64,000 nt of DNA from Eubacteriales bacterium (GTDB lineage: Bacteria > Bacillota > Clostridia > Oscillospirales > CAG-272). The position numbers and the translations under genes are program-made. Positions within the stretch are counted from its first letter, which is position 1; the number at the start of each line of letters is the position of its first letter. Where the stretch lies: contig JAZREL010000014.1 of assembly GCA_045660785.1 (NCBI GenBank), positions 4,849-68,848 of the forward strand, written 5' to 3'. Shown one piece after another: positions 52,977 to 62,406 of the stretch. The notes below the pieces were generated by a model. The model ran no database searches. It had not been told where the DNA came from and saw nothing but the letters and a program-made list of their open reading frames with translations.

Positions 52977-55900
52977 ATGAAAAAGCTTCATTCTAAAATT
53001 CTTATTTCCGTGGCGGTTCTTGCTTTACTGCTCGTCACGGTATTCTCGATAAATATGTTTGCATCCGAGGAATACCTAAGGGTTACTTACGTGCACGGCG
53101 GTAAAACGTACAGTGACGTTTGCACTGTCGGCGGCTCGGTTACCTTACCAACTCCCGAAGCAAAGCTCGGCGGCGAGGTTTTCGGTTGGTATGACTCGAA
53201 CGGAAACTTCTACGAATGCGGCCAAACCTTCACCCCCTCAAAGAGCACAACGCTTTACTGCGCGGAGGGTGCGGAAATTTCACTCAGCGGCAGCTTGCTT
53301 CGTGCAGCTTCCTTGGGATATTCCTACGTTAAGCTGAATTCAAACATCACCGTTAACGAAACGATAAACCTCAAAAACGGTATGTTCTATATTGACTTAA
53401 ACGGTAACAACTTCTCTCTCAACACAGAAACAGACGGCTTTGTCGGCGAGGACTTCGGTCTTATTCTTGCTAACTCATCAAGCAAGAAAGCAACACTTAC
53501 CCACACAGCAGGCGGCGAGGCGGCATTCGCACTCAACTCCTTTGTTTCCGTTGCTCCCAACACTACTGCAAATTACCTTACATATACAATAGGTGAAAAC
53601 GTTGCCCTCTCGGAGAATATGAACCTTATCTCCGTTAAGACAAACATTTCAAGCTTTGAAAACGCACTCCGCTTGAACCTCTTTGGCGAGGTTACCTGCG
53701 GTAAGATTATCCGCGGTAACGGCTTAAACGGCGCGATTTTCGAGGTGTTTGACGGCGCGAAATTGACAACCGACTGCGAATATTTCTTCGAGGACGTTGG
53801 CACAACCGCTAAAACCGCGGCAACACTCCTTGTTCACGGCGGCTCGTTCTACTTAAACGGCTCAACAAGCTACGGCAAGGACACAAACATTTTTAAGGCA
53901 CTTATTTACGGCGGAAGCTACTCGGTTAACACAACATCATTCTTCCCGCTTGGCAACTACCGTTCAACCTACAACGCAACTACAAAGCTTTACGACTTCA
54001 CAAGCTGTCAGCACGAGGGTGCGCTTATTGAGCACTCACCCGACTGTACCTCGGACGTAACGCTTGACCACTTCTGCAAATATTGCGAAACAGTGTTTGA
54101 AAAACGCTACACAAACGGTGTCGGCCACTCATACACACCAAAGCTTACTCAAGAAATTATAAACACTCCCGAAAAAACAGAGCCGGGCTGCTACACCTTA
54201 ACATGTACAAAGTGTAACCACAAGACAACTCAGTACACATACCCGGACCCTGCAACAGTTTACGTTACCGTTGGCTTTATCAACGAGGACGGCAAGGAAG
54301 AGTATATGCGCTTCCCGTCAACCGACCTCTACTCATTCAACGGCACAAAGATTCTTTCCTTCTCTGCTGACGCGCTTTACTACGAGGTTGAAAGCGCAAG
54401 CGGTTGGATTACCGAAAAGAATATCCCACAAAAGAACGTATTTCACGTTGAAATTCCTCTTGGTGCAACGGATATTTACGGAGATTCAAGAAACGACACC
54501 CCAACGGGCGTTTTCCTAAGAAACGACCACTTAAAGAGCATTTCCTTCCCCGTTTCGGTAAAAAACATCAACAAATATGCATTTTCATCAATGCCAAACA
54601 TTGAAAAGCTTATCGGCCTTGAAAACATATCGGGTACAATTGCGGAATATGCATTCAAGCAGAGCGCTGACTCCAAGCTTATCATTGACAATATGACAGT
54701 CAACGCAAGCAGCATTGGCACAGAAGCGTTCAAAAACATAAGAATGACAACGCTCACCTTCACCTCAAACGTTCGCTCCATTTCTCAAGGCGCATTCGGA
54801 CTTGATTCGGGCGTGATTTCAAACATTGCGGAAATCTTCGTTGAGGAAAACAAGGTATATGAGGAAACAACCCTTTCAAGCGTATTCAGCACGTTAGGCA
54901 AATCCTGCTCGTCGGGACAGCAATTTGACGGACTTAATATCGTTTTCTTAAACCACAACTATATTGCCGAGTCAATCCCCGCAACGTGCGTGGATTACGG
55001 CTACGATTTGCTCACCTGTGACCGTTGCGGATACGAGGATAAGAGCCATTACACAGACACGCTTGCTCCGCACACATATCAGCCGTACATAAAGCCCGCA
55101 ACCTGCCAAGCACTTGGCTACGAGGGTGAAAAATGCGAGCTTTGCGAGCATATCAACGTTATAAACGACCTTTACTACGACTACAATAACCACTCCTTCA
55201 CACACAAGGAGGTTAAATTCCCTGAGGTTGAGGGCTACTCAATCTGCGTTGACCCATACTACACTCTCGGACAGTGCTTATGCGGCGCAATCGAGCCGGA
55301 CACACCCGCAAACAGAAGCGAGGTAATTCAACCTGACGGAAGCACCGACCACGCATGGAAGGAAACTGTAATCACTGAACAAACCTGCGGCACATGGGGT
55401 CTTAGCAAATACGACTGCTCTGTTTGTAAGCAAACAAGAACAGCTCCTACCGAGCCCGTTGGCGCACACACATGGCAATATTTCATCACAACCCCTGCAA
55501 CCTGTAAGGACGGCTCAAAGGGCTACGCGCTTTGTGCAGTCTGCAAGGACACAAGAGATACCACGTCACAAACTCCTGACCCTAACGGACACGTAAAGAA
55601 GGACGGTGACGAGGGTGAGCTTGTTCAAGAGGCAACAACTATTCACACCGGCTCAAGAAAATATTTCTGCGCACTTTGCGGCTACGAATTCTACGAGGAA
55701 ACTCCTGTGCTTGACGAAAGCACACAGCCAAACTTCGTTGAAAGAATGCTTGAGCGTGGCTTTGTCGGAATATTGATTCTTGTGGGAATTGGAATTCTGT
55801 TGATCCTCGGCGTTTTCCTTGTTGTCGGCGTTGTAATGACCGTTGTTCTCACCTTCAAGAAGAAAAAGAACAAGTCAAAGGGCTACAAATTCAAGTTCAA

Positions 55901-56231
55901 CACACTTAAGAACGGAAAAGAAATCGGCTCAGGCAAGACAATTCAAGAGCAGCTTGCAGAAATGCACATCTTGAACGAGGAGCCGGAGGAAGCAATCGAC
56001 CACACAGCTAACTTCTCAGCTTACATGGAAGCACTTAGCCAAGGCAACGATGCAACCGCTGAATTAAAGGTTACCGAAACGGACGATATAACAGACAGCG
56101 AAAGAGATGCTTCACTCCAAGCATACCTTGATGCCTTGAAGCAGGATTACTCCGCGACAAATCAAGATGCACCAAGCGACAGTGGCAAATCCTTAGCTGA
56201 AATGATGGACGACGCGGCACCTAAGTTCTAA
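52977..56231 (+). CDS. Large membrane-anchored surface protein with BspA-type leucine-rich repeats and Cys-rich modules
   Basis: Start at MKKLHSKILISVAVLALLLV (signal peptide), 33 codons into the track ORF. LRR-like segment at about aa 560-680. Repeated CxxC...H modules. C-terminal TM (FVGILILVGIGILLILGVFLVVGVVMTVVLTF) followed by KKKKNKSKG and an acidic tail. Confidence 0.65.
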   Translation: MKKLHSKILISVAVLALLLVTVFSINMFASEEYLRVTYVHGGKTYSDVCTVGGSVTLPTPEAKLGGEVFGWYDSNGNFYECGQTFTPSKSTTLYCAEGAEISLSGSLLRAASLGYSYVKLNSNITVNETINLKNGMFYIDLNGNNFSLNTETDGFVGEDFGLILANSSSKKATLTHTAGGEAAFALNSFVSVAPNTTANYLTYTIGENVALSENMNLISVKTNISSFENALRLNLFGEVTCGKIIRGNGLNGAIFEVFDGAKLTTDCEYFFEDVGTTAKTAATLLVHGGSFYLNGSTSYGKDTNIFKALIYGGSYSVNTTSFFPLGNYRSTYNATTKLYDFTSCQHEGALIEHSPDCTSDVTLDHFCKYCETVFEKRYTNGVGHSYTPKLTQEIINTPEKTEPGCYTLTCTKCNHKTTQYTYPDPATVYVTVGFINEDGKEEYMRFPSTDLYSFNGTKILSFSADALYYEVESASGWITEKNIPQKNVFHVEIPLGATDIYGDSRNDTPTGVFLRNDHLKSISFPVSVKNINKYAFSSMPNIEKLIGLENISGTIAEYAFKQSADSKLIIDNMTVNASSIGTEAFKNIRMTTLTFTSNVRSISQGAFGLDSGVISNIAEIFVEENKVYEETTLSSVFSTLGKSCSSGQQFDGLNIVFLNHNYIAESIPATCVDYGYDLLTCDRCGYEDKSHYTDTLAPHTYQPYIKPATCQALGYEGEKCELCEHINVINDLYYDYNNHSFTHKEVKFPEVEGYSICVDPYYTLGQCLCGAIEPDTPANRSEVIQPDGSTDHAWKETVITEQTCGTWGLSKYDCSVCKQTRTAPTEPVGAHTWQYFITTPATCKDGSKGYALCAVCKDTRDTTSQTPDPNGHVKKDGDEGELVQEATTIHTGSRKYFCALCGYEFYEETPVLDESTQPNFVERMLERGFVGILILVGIGILLILGVFLVVGVVMTVVLTFKKKKNKSKGYKFKFNTLKNGKEIGSGKTIQEQLAEMHILNEEPEEAIDHTANFSAYMEALSQGNDATAELKVTETDDITDSERDASLQAYLDALKQDYSATNQDAPSDSGKSLAEMMDDAAPKF

Positions 56232-56255
56232 TAGGGGTACACGATAACAAAATAC

Positions 56256-56288
56256 AAAAGGATGTCACTTCACGTGGCATCCTTTTTT
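56256..56288 (+). terminator. Rho-independent terminator
   Basis: GGATGTCAC-ttca-CGTGGCATCC (one mismatch) followed by TTTTTT. Confidence 0.6.
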
Positions 56289-56293
56289 AGTTA

Positions 56294-56324
56294 AAAAGAG
56301 AGAACGCGAGGTTCTCTCTTTTTA
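56294..56324 (-). terminator. Rho-independent terminator of the feo operon
   Basis: AGAGAGAAC-gcgag-GTTCTCTCT flanked by A- and T-runs. Confidence 0.7.
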
Positions 56325-56483
56325 TTATTTTTTGTTTTTGTGGCAAGCATCCTTAAATGCACATCCTGAGCATCCGCACGAGCAGGAGCTTTTGCCCTTT
56401 TTCTTATTAACAATCAAAATTGCAACGACCGCCGAAATAACCGCACTGAAAACGCCGAGTGCTATAATTGTCGGTAAATCCAT
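56325..56483 (-). CDS. FeoB-associated Cys-rich membrane protein
   Basis: Below the ORF-track size cut-off. The reverse strand encodes MDLPTIIALGVFSAVISAVVAILIVNKKKGKSSCSCGCSGCAFKDACHKNKK (52 aa): one TM plus a Cys cluster, directly downstream of feoB, with a GGAGTGAG SD. Confidence 0.75.
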   Translation of the reverse strand: MDLPTIIALGVFSAVISAVVAILIVNKKKGKSSCSCGCSGCAFKDACHKNKK

Positions 56484-56520
56484 AAAGCTCACTCCTTTGC
56501 TTGCGCTTGCCTATATAAGC

Positions 56521-58821
56521 TTACGCGTTTTTGTCTTCCTTTTTTGTAAAAATACGCTTGCAAGTGTCTGTAATTGAGAATTTTGTCGGTTTAAAGAGCA
56601 GGTATAAAAATACTGCCAAAACGATAAACGCGAGCACTGTCCAAATTGAGAACGAGCCCCATTTTATAAGCATCCCTATTTGGTACGTAACAAGGGAAGC
56701 GGCATATGCAAGTCCTGTCATATAACCAAGCGTTGCCCAAGTCCATTTTCTACTGTTCATTTCCGTTTTGATAGCGCCGATTGCCGCAAAGCACGGTGCG
56801 CAAAGAAGATTGAATATCATAAAGGACATTCCCTTAAGGAAGCTGCCGTCGAAAAATTCCTCCGCCGCGCCCTCAAGTCCGCCGTCTGCCATTGTGCCTA
56901 TTGCGCCGACTACCTCCTCCTTAGCAACTAAGCCAAGGATTGTTGCAACGCTTGCCTCCCAGCTGTCACCGAAGCCAAGCGGCTTGAACACAAGCGAAAT
57001 AAGCTCGCCAAGCACCTGTAAAATTGATTTTGAGGTGCAGCCGTCCTCGATAAAGTGAAGCCCTGTGTGCTCTGCTTTTTCAAAGCCGATTATATTTCCG
57101 TCCTCATCGTACACAAGGTGCGCGTGAACGCCGTTTTCAATATTGCCCTCCCCGTCGGTTACAAACGAGCCGTCCTCGTTTACCGAATACTCCTTGGAGT
57201 CGGAGCTTTCAAGAGATACGTTTTGTCCAACCCAAATAAGCACGCTTGCGATAAGAATAACCGTTCCTGCACGCTTTACAAAGCCCCAACCGCGGTCAAA
57301 GGTTGACTTAGCCACGTTTTTAGCCGCAGGCACGTGGTATTCGGGAAGCTCCATAACAAACGGTGACGGATGACCTGCAAACGCCTTAAATTTTTTAAGT
57401 ATAACGCCCGAGCAGATAACCGCCGCAATACCGATAAAGTACGCGCCCGTTGAAACAAGCGCACCGCGCCAGCCGCCGCCGAAAAGATATCCCGCAACGA
57501 ATGCAACGATAGGCATTTTTGCGGAGCATGGCACAAAGCCAGTTGTCATAATAGTGATTTTACGGTCATTTTGCTGCTCGATTGTACGGCTTGCCATAAT
57601 TCCCGGCACGCCGCAGCCCGAGGCAATAAGCATAGGGATAAAGGATTTGCCTGAAAGGCCAAAGCGTCTGAACACTCTGTCCATTATAAACGCAATACGC
57701 GACATATATCCGCAGTCCTCAAGCAAGGAAAGCAAGAAGAACAAAATGAGCATTTGAGGCACGAAGCCAAGCACCGCACCGACACCGCCGATTGCGCCGT
57801 CCGCAATTAAGCCGACAAGCCAAGGTGCAACGCCCCATTTTTCAAGCAAAGCGTGTGCGCCAGGAACAATCCATTCCCCAAAAAGCGTTTCGTTCATAAA
57901 GTCGGTAACGAAGCCGCCCACCGAGCCGATTGCAATAAAATAAACCGCAAACATAATAAGCGCGAAAAGCGGAATTGCCAAAAATCTGTTCGTTACTATT
58001 CTGTCTATTTTGTCAGACACCGACATTTTATCTCTGCCGGGTGTTTTCTTGTCAACTATCTTCGTTACGTAATCGTATCTTTCATTTGTGATTATGCCCT
58101 CGCTGTCGTCGTCAAGCGCTACTTCCACGCCCTTTATTACAGCTTCAATCTCTGCCCTTGATTTTTCCGAAAGGTCAATGTGTGCAGAAATCTCCTCATC
58201 TCTTTCAAAAAGCTTTACGCTGAGCCAACGAAGCTCATCCTCTTCTATGTATCCGCGAGAAATTGAGCGCTGAATTTTAGTGAGCGCTTCCTCAACCTTA
58301 GGTGAGAAAATGTGATGCTTAAAGCTCTTTTTATTCGATGAAATTTCAATTGCCTCAAGTGCAACCTCGCGAATTCCCTTGTTTTTAAGAGCGGATATTT
58401 CAATAACCTTACAGCCGATTTCCCTTGATATTTTATCAAGATTAAGCTTTACGCCTCTTTTCTCCAAAATATCCATAAAGTTAATGGCGATAACCATAGG
58501 AATACCGAAGTCGAGAAGCTGTGTTGTTAAATATAGGTTTCTTTCAAGGTTTGTGCCGTCAACAATGTTGATAATAGCGCTTGGATGCTCCTCAACAAGA
58601 TAGTTTCTTGCAACAATTTCCTCAGGTGTATATGGAGAAAGTGAATATACACCGGGCAAGTCGGTTAAAATAACCTCCTTGTTCCACTTTATTTTTCCTT
58701 CCTTCTTCTCAACGGTAACACCGGGCCAGTTTCCAACGTATTGGTTAGAGCCGGTGAGGGCGTTAAAAAGAGTTGTTTTACCCGAGTTGGGATTTCCAAC
58801 CAAAGCAATTTTAATTGACAT
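56521..58821 (-). CDS. feoB: Ferrous iron transporter B
   Basis: 766 aa. N-terminal G-domain GNPNSGKTTLFNALTG and DLPGVYSL, followed by a polytopic membrane domain. Confidence 0.95.
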   Translation of the reverse strand: MSIKIALVGNPNSGKTTLFNALTGSNQYVGNWPGVTVEKKEGKIKWNKEVILTDLPGVYSLSPYTPEEIVARNYLVEEHPSAIINIVDGTNLERNLYLTTQLLDFGIPMVIAINFMDILEKRGVKLNLDKISREIGCKVIEISALKNKGIREVALEAIEISSNKKSFKHHIFSPKVEEALTKIQRSISRGYIEEDELRWLSVKLFERDEEISAHIDLSEKSRAEIEAVIKGVEVALDDDSEGIITNERYDYVTKIVDKKTPGRDKMSVSDKIDRIVTNRFLAIPLFALIMFAVYFIAIGSVGGFVTDFMNETLFGEWIVPGAHALLEKWGVAPWLVGLIADGAIGGVGAVLGFVPQMLILFFLLSLLEDCGYMSRIAFIMDRVFRRFGLSGKSFIPMLIASGCGVPGIMASRTIEQQNDRKITIMTTGFVPCSAKMPIVAFVAGYLFGGGWRGALVSTGAYFIGIAAVICSGVILKKFKAFAGHPSPFVMELPEYHVPAAKNVAKSTFDRGWGFVKRAGTVILIASVLIWVGQNVSLESSDSKEYSVNEDGSFVTDGEGNIENGVHAHLVYDEDGNIIGFEKAEHTGLHFIEDGCTSKSILQVLGELISLVFKPLGFGDSWEASVATILGLVAKEEVVGAIGTMADGGLEGAAEEFFDGSFLKGMSFMIFNLLCAPCFAAIGAIKTEMNSRKWTWATLGYMTGLAYAASLVTYQIGMLIKWGSFSIWTVLAFIVLAVFLYLLFKPTKFSITDTCKRIFTKKEDKNA

Positions 58822-58853
58822 TTTTCCTCCAATGCGGCAAAATCAACCGCTAT

Positions 58854-59081
58854 TTAAGCTTGTTTCTCAACTATTATCATTTTTGCGTCTTCTTTTCTGA
58901 CGCTCAGTTCGTATCCGCGCACCGTTAATTCAAACGGATCGCCAAGTGGGGCAACCTTTCGTACGTAGATTTCAACACCCTTGGTAATTCCAAGGTCCAT
59001 AATGCGGCGGCGTATCGGGCCCTCGCCCTCAACCTTGATAACCTTGACAGTATCGCCGACTTTTGCATTCTTTAAGGTCAT
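58854..59081 (-). CDS. feoA: FeoA family protein
   Basis: 75 aa. SH3-like RRRIMDLGITKG motif. Confidence 0.85.
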   Translation of the reverse strand: MTLKNAKVGDTVKVIKVEGEGPIRRRIMDLGITKGVEIYVRKVAPLGDPFELTVRGYELSVRKEDAKMIIVEKQA

Positions 59082-59110
59082 TTTTCTCTCCTTTTAACAA
59101 CGCTTAAACG

Positions 59111-59128
59111 AGTTAGTCTTGACTAACT
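59111..59128. promoter_or_regulatory. Palindromic operator candidate upstream of feoA
   Basis: AGTTAGTC-TT-GACTAACT is a perfect 8-bp-arm inverted repeat about 30 nt upstream of feoA. A related half-site GCAGTTAGTTTAGC follows. It loosely resembles DtxR/IdeR-type TTAGG..CCTAA boxes. Confidence 0.4.
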
Positions 59129-59280
59129 TCGCAGTTAGTTTAGCATAACCACCTTGTTTTGTCAAGTATTTTTGTAAGATTTTTCAAATTTTTTTGTGCG
59201 GTAAAATCAATATCGGTTTTTGAAATTTGCCAATATAAAATATTATATTAAATATGTAGGGTTTTTAGAGCCGCCGCGCC

Positions 59281-59309
59281 TTGACAAAGAATTTTCAAGG
59301 CGGTATAAT
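59281..59309 (+). promoter_or_regulatory. Sigma-A type promoter for copA
   Basis: TTGACA, 17 nt, TATAAT. Confidence 0.6.
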
Positions 59310-59340
59310 CATAATAGAAGAAAATGAAGGGAGGGCTAAA

Positions 59341-61821
59341 ATGAAAAGGTTTAACGTCACGGGGATGAGCTGTGCCGCTTGCTCCGCACGTGTTGAAAAA
59401 GCGATTATGACAACCAAGGGCGTGACTGCCTGCTCGGTAAACCTTATCACGGGCGAGGCAACCGCTAAGGGTAATGCATCGAGCGAGGAAATAATCTTAT
59501 CGATTAAAAAAGCCGGCTACGGCGCAACTCTTTCAAACGATGAAGCGCTAAGCTTGACGCTTTTTACGGACAAGGAAACGCCTATTTTAAGAAAGCGCCT
59601 TATCATCTCGTCCTGCCTGCTTCTTTTCCTTATGTATTTTTCAATGGGCGCACACATCGGTATAATTCCGCAATTTTTGAGGGATAAGTATCTGATTTTG
59701 GCGTTTTTACAGCTTGCCTTCTCTCTTTCTATTTTAATAATAAATAGGAAGTTTTTTATAAACGGCGCAAAGGGTGCTGTCAAGCTCTCACCGAATATGG
59801 ACACGTTAGTTTCGCTTGGCTCGGGCATTTCGTTTGTTTACAGTGCGGTTATGCTCATTTTAATGTGCGCGCGCCGAGGGGATGCGGAGTTTTTGGAAAA
59901 AACACTTCACAAGGGCCTTTATTTTGAGTCCGCAGCTATGATTTTGGTGCTTATCACGCTTGGCAAAATGCTTGAATCAATCTCGAAAAGAAAAACGACA
60001 AGCGCGCTGAAAAATCTTATAAAAATGAAGCCGAAAACCGCCGTAATTTTAAAAGACGGCAAGGAGGAAACGGTTGACGCCTCCGAAATTAAAATCGGTG
60101 ACGAGTTTATCGTAAAGGCGGGCGCCATTACTCCCGTTGACGGAATCATCATAAGCGGTGAAGCATCGTTTGACGAGTCTTGTCTGACGGGCGAAAGCAT
60201 TCCTGCGGACAAATCAGTCGGCGCAAGAATTTACGCTTCCACCACCGTTAAATCGGGCTACGTCATCGCTCGTGCCGAGGAGATTGGCGAAAAGACCGCC
60301 ATTTCAAAAATAATCAAAACCGTATCGGATGCAATGACAACAAAGGCACCGATTGCAAGAATTGCAGACACAGTGTCGGGCTTTTTTGTTCCAACGGTTA
60401 TTTTAATTGCATTTATTTCATCGTTAATTTGGTTCATTTGCACACACGATTTTGCATATAGCTTGGAGCGCGGAATTTCCGTCCTTGTTATAAGCTGTCC
60501 TTGTGCGCTTGGACTTGCCACCCCCGTTGCAATAATGGTTGGCGGCGGCATAGGCGCAAAAAAGGGAATTTTATTCAAGGACGCGGGCAAGCTTGAGCTT
60601 CTTGGCAAGTGTGATTGGGTGCTTCTTGACAAAACAGGCACAATAACCGAAGGCGCACCCGAAATTACCGATATTATTCCACTGCAAGCAAGCGAAAACG
60701 AGCTTATTTCATACGCCTACACCCTTGAAAAAATGAGCGAGCATCCGCTTGCAACCGCTGTAAACGAATATGCAAGGAAAAACGATATAAAGCCGCTTGA
60801 AAGCATTGGCTTCAAAACCCTTTCGGGAAGCGGTGTTAGTGCCGAAATAAACGGCGAGGCCGTATTTGGCGCAAGCTACTCCTATACCGTTTCGCAAATC
60901 GGCGAAAGCAAGGAGCTAAAATCGCACTTCGAGCGCATTTCAAACGAGGGAAAAACGCCACTGTTTTTCGTAAAAAACGACACTCCCCTCGGTATAATTG
61001 CCGTGCGCGACAAAATCAAGGCAGACAGCAAGGATGCAATTTCCAAGCTAAAGGAAATGGGGCTTCACACCGTGATGCTGACAGGTGATAACGAAAAAAC
61101 CGCGTGGGCAATTGCAAAAAGCGTCGGTATAGATTACGTAATTGCAGAGGTAATGCCCGAGGGAAAAGCCGCCGAGGTTACAAGAGCAAAACCAAGTGGC
61201 AGCGTTATAATGGTTGGCGACGGAATTAACGACGCGCCCGCCTTGGCAACGGCCGACGTTGGCGTTGCAATTGGCGCGGGAGCTGACGTTGCAATAGATA
61301 CCGCCGACGTGGTGCTTGTAAAAAGCGCGCTTAGTGACCTTGTCACCGCAATAAAGCTTAGCCGTGCAACGCTTATAAACATTAAAGAAAACCTGTTTTG
61401 GGCGTTTATTTACAATATTATCGGTATTCCGCTTGCGGCAGGCGCGTTTATCGCGGTATCGGGCGGACACCTAACGCTCACCCCAATGCTTGGCGCGCTT
61501 TTGATGAGCTTTTCAAGCGTTAGCGTTGTTTTAAATGCACTGCGGCTTAATTTGTTTAACGAAAAAAAGAATTATAAACGAAGAAAAAAGAAATTAACCC
61601 CAAAGAAGGAGAAAAAGGAAATGAAAATTACGTTAAAGGTTGAAGGAATGATGTGCCCACACTGCGAGGCGCACGTAAAAAAAGCGCTTGAAGCAATCGA
61701 CGGTGTTGAAGCGGCAACGGCAAGCCACACAAGGGGCGAGGTTGAAATAACGCTTTCAAAGGATATTTCAATTGACACCTTAAAAAGCATCATTGTTCAA
61801 GAGGGCTACACCGTAAAATAA
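59341..61821 (+). CDS. copA: Copper-translocating P1B-type ATPase with N- and C-terminal HMA domains
   Basis: Start at MKRFNVTGMSCAAC after GGGAGGG. Contains CPC, DKTGT and GDGINDAP. An extra C-terminal HMA domain (MKITLKVEGMMCPHCEAHV) is in frame after a Lys-rich linker. Confidence 0.9.
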   Translation: MKRFNVTGMSCAACSARVEKAIMTTKGVTACSVNLITGEATAKGNASSEEIILSIKKAGYGATLSNDEALSLTLFTDKETPILRKRLIISSCLLLFLMYFSMGAHIGIIPQFLRDKYLILAFLQLAFSLSILIINRKFFINGAKGAVKLSPNMDTLVSLGSGISFVYSAVMLILMCARRGDAEFLEKTLHKGLYFESAAMILVLITLGKMLESISKRKTTSALKNLIKMKPKTAVILKDGKEETVDASEIKIGDEFIVKAGAITPVDGIIISGEASFDESCLTGESIPADKSVGARIYASTTVKSGYVIARAEEIGEKTAISKIIKTVSDAMTTKAPIARIADTVSGFFVPTVILIAFISSLIWFICTHDFAYSLERGISVLVISCPCALGLATPVAIMVGGGIGAKKGILFKDAGKLELLGKCDWVLLDKTGTITEGAPEITDIIPLQASENELISYAYTLEKMSEHPLATAVNEYARKNDIKPLESIGFKTLSGSGVSAEINGEAVFGASYSYTVSQIGESKELKSHFERISNEGKTPLFFVKNDTPLGIIAVRDKIKADSKDAISKLKEMGLHTVMLTGDNEKTAWAIAKSVGIDYVIAEVMPEGKAAEVTRAKPSGSVIMVGDGINDAPALATADVGVAIGAGADVAIDTADVVLVKSALSDLVTAIKLSRATLINIKENLFWAFIYNIIGIPLAAGAFIAVSGGHLTLTPMLGALLMSFSSVSVVLNALRLNLFNEKKNYKRRKKKLTPKKEKKEMKITLKVEGMMCPHCEAHVKKALEAIDGVEAATASHTRGEVEITLSKDISIDTLKSIIVQEGYTVK

Positions 61822-61826
61822 TATTT

Positions 61827-61858
61827 AAGCTCCCAAGCACGCGTTTGGGAGCTTTTTT
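61827..61858 (+). terminator. Rho-independent terminator
   Basis: AAGCTCCCAA-gcacgcgt-TTGGGAGCTT followed by TTTT. Confidence 0.8.
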
Positions 61859-61932
61859 GTTAAATTTCTACCAAAAATAGAGTAAAGCCGCCCATTCTCA
61901 CCACCCGTTGGGGTGGCGTGGGTTAATTTTAT

Positions 61933-61961
61933 TTGACAAAGTCAATATACTATGGTATAAT
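61933..61961 (+). promoter_or_regulatory. Sigma-A type promoter
   Basis: TTGACA, 17 nt, TATAAT (with an upstream TG). Confidence 0.6.
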
Positions 61962-61990
61962 TGAATTAATCTTACGAAGGGAGTGCGGAT

Positions 61991-62356
61991 ATGATTATTA
62001 AGGAATCGGCAGAAAACTATCTTGAAGCAATTTTAGTTATAAAAAATCAAAAGGGCTTTGTGCGCTCGATAGATATTGCAAATGAGCTTTCAGTTTCCAA
62101 GCCAAGCGTATCCGTGGCTATGAAAAACTTTCGTGAGGAGGGCTACATTACCGTTGACGAGGACGGAAGCATTGATTTGACCGAAAAGGGGCTTTTAATT
62201 GCAAGGCGTGTTTACGAAAGACACGAAATTATCGCCTCCGCGCTTGAAGCAATCGGCGTCAGCCGTGAAACCGCGCTTGATGACAGCTGTAAAATCGAGC
62301 ACGTTATCAGTGAGGAAAGCTTCCTCAAAATCAAGGAATTTCTAAATTCAAAATAA
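61991..62356 (+). CDS. DtxR/MntR family metal-dependent transcriptional regulator
   Basis: 121 aa. ENYLEAI, a winged HTH (IANELSVSKPSVSVAMKNF) and a RHE metal-site block. Confidence 0.85.
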   Translation: MIIKESAENYLEAILVIKNQKGFVRSIDIANELSVSKPSVSVAMKNFREEGYITVDEDGSIDLTEKGLLIARRVYERHEIIASALEAIGVSRETALDDSCKIEHVISEESFLKIKEFLNSK

Positions 62357-62406
62357 TGAGTGCATCCAAAGGATGTACGCTCAAAAATATAAAAAGGAGT
62401 GTTTTT

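Noticed and set aside
56332-56577. 81-aa plus-strand track ORF after the surface-protein terminator.
   Set aside because: It is antisense to the small FeoB-associated Cys-rich gene and to the feoB 3' end, and it spans a terminator.
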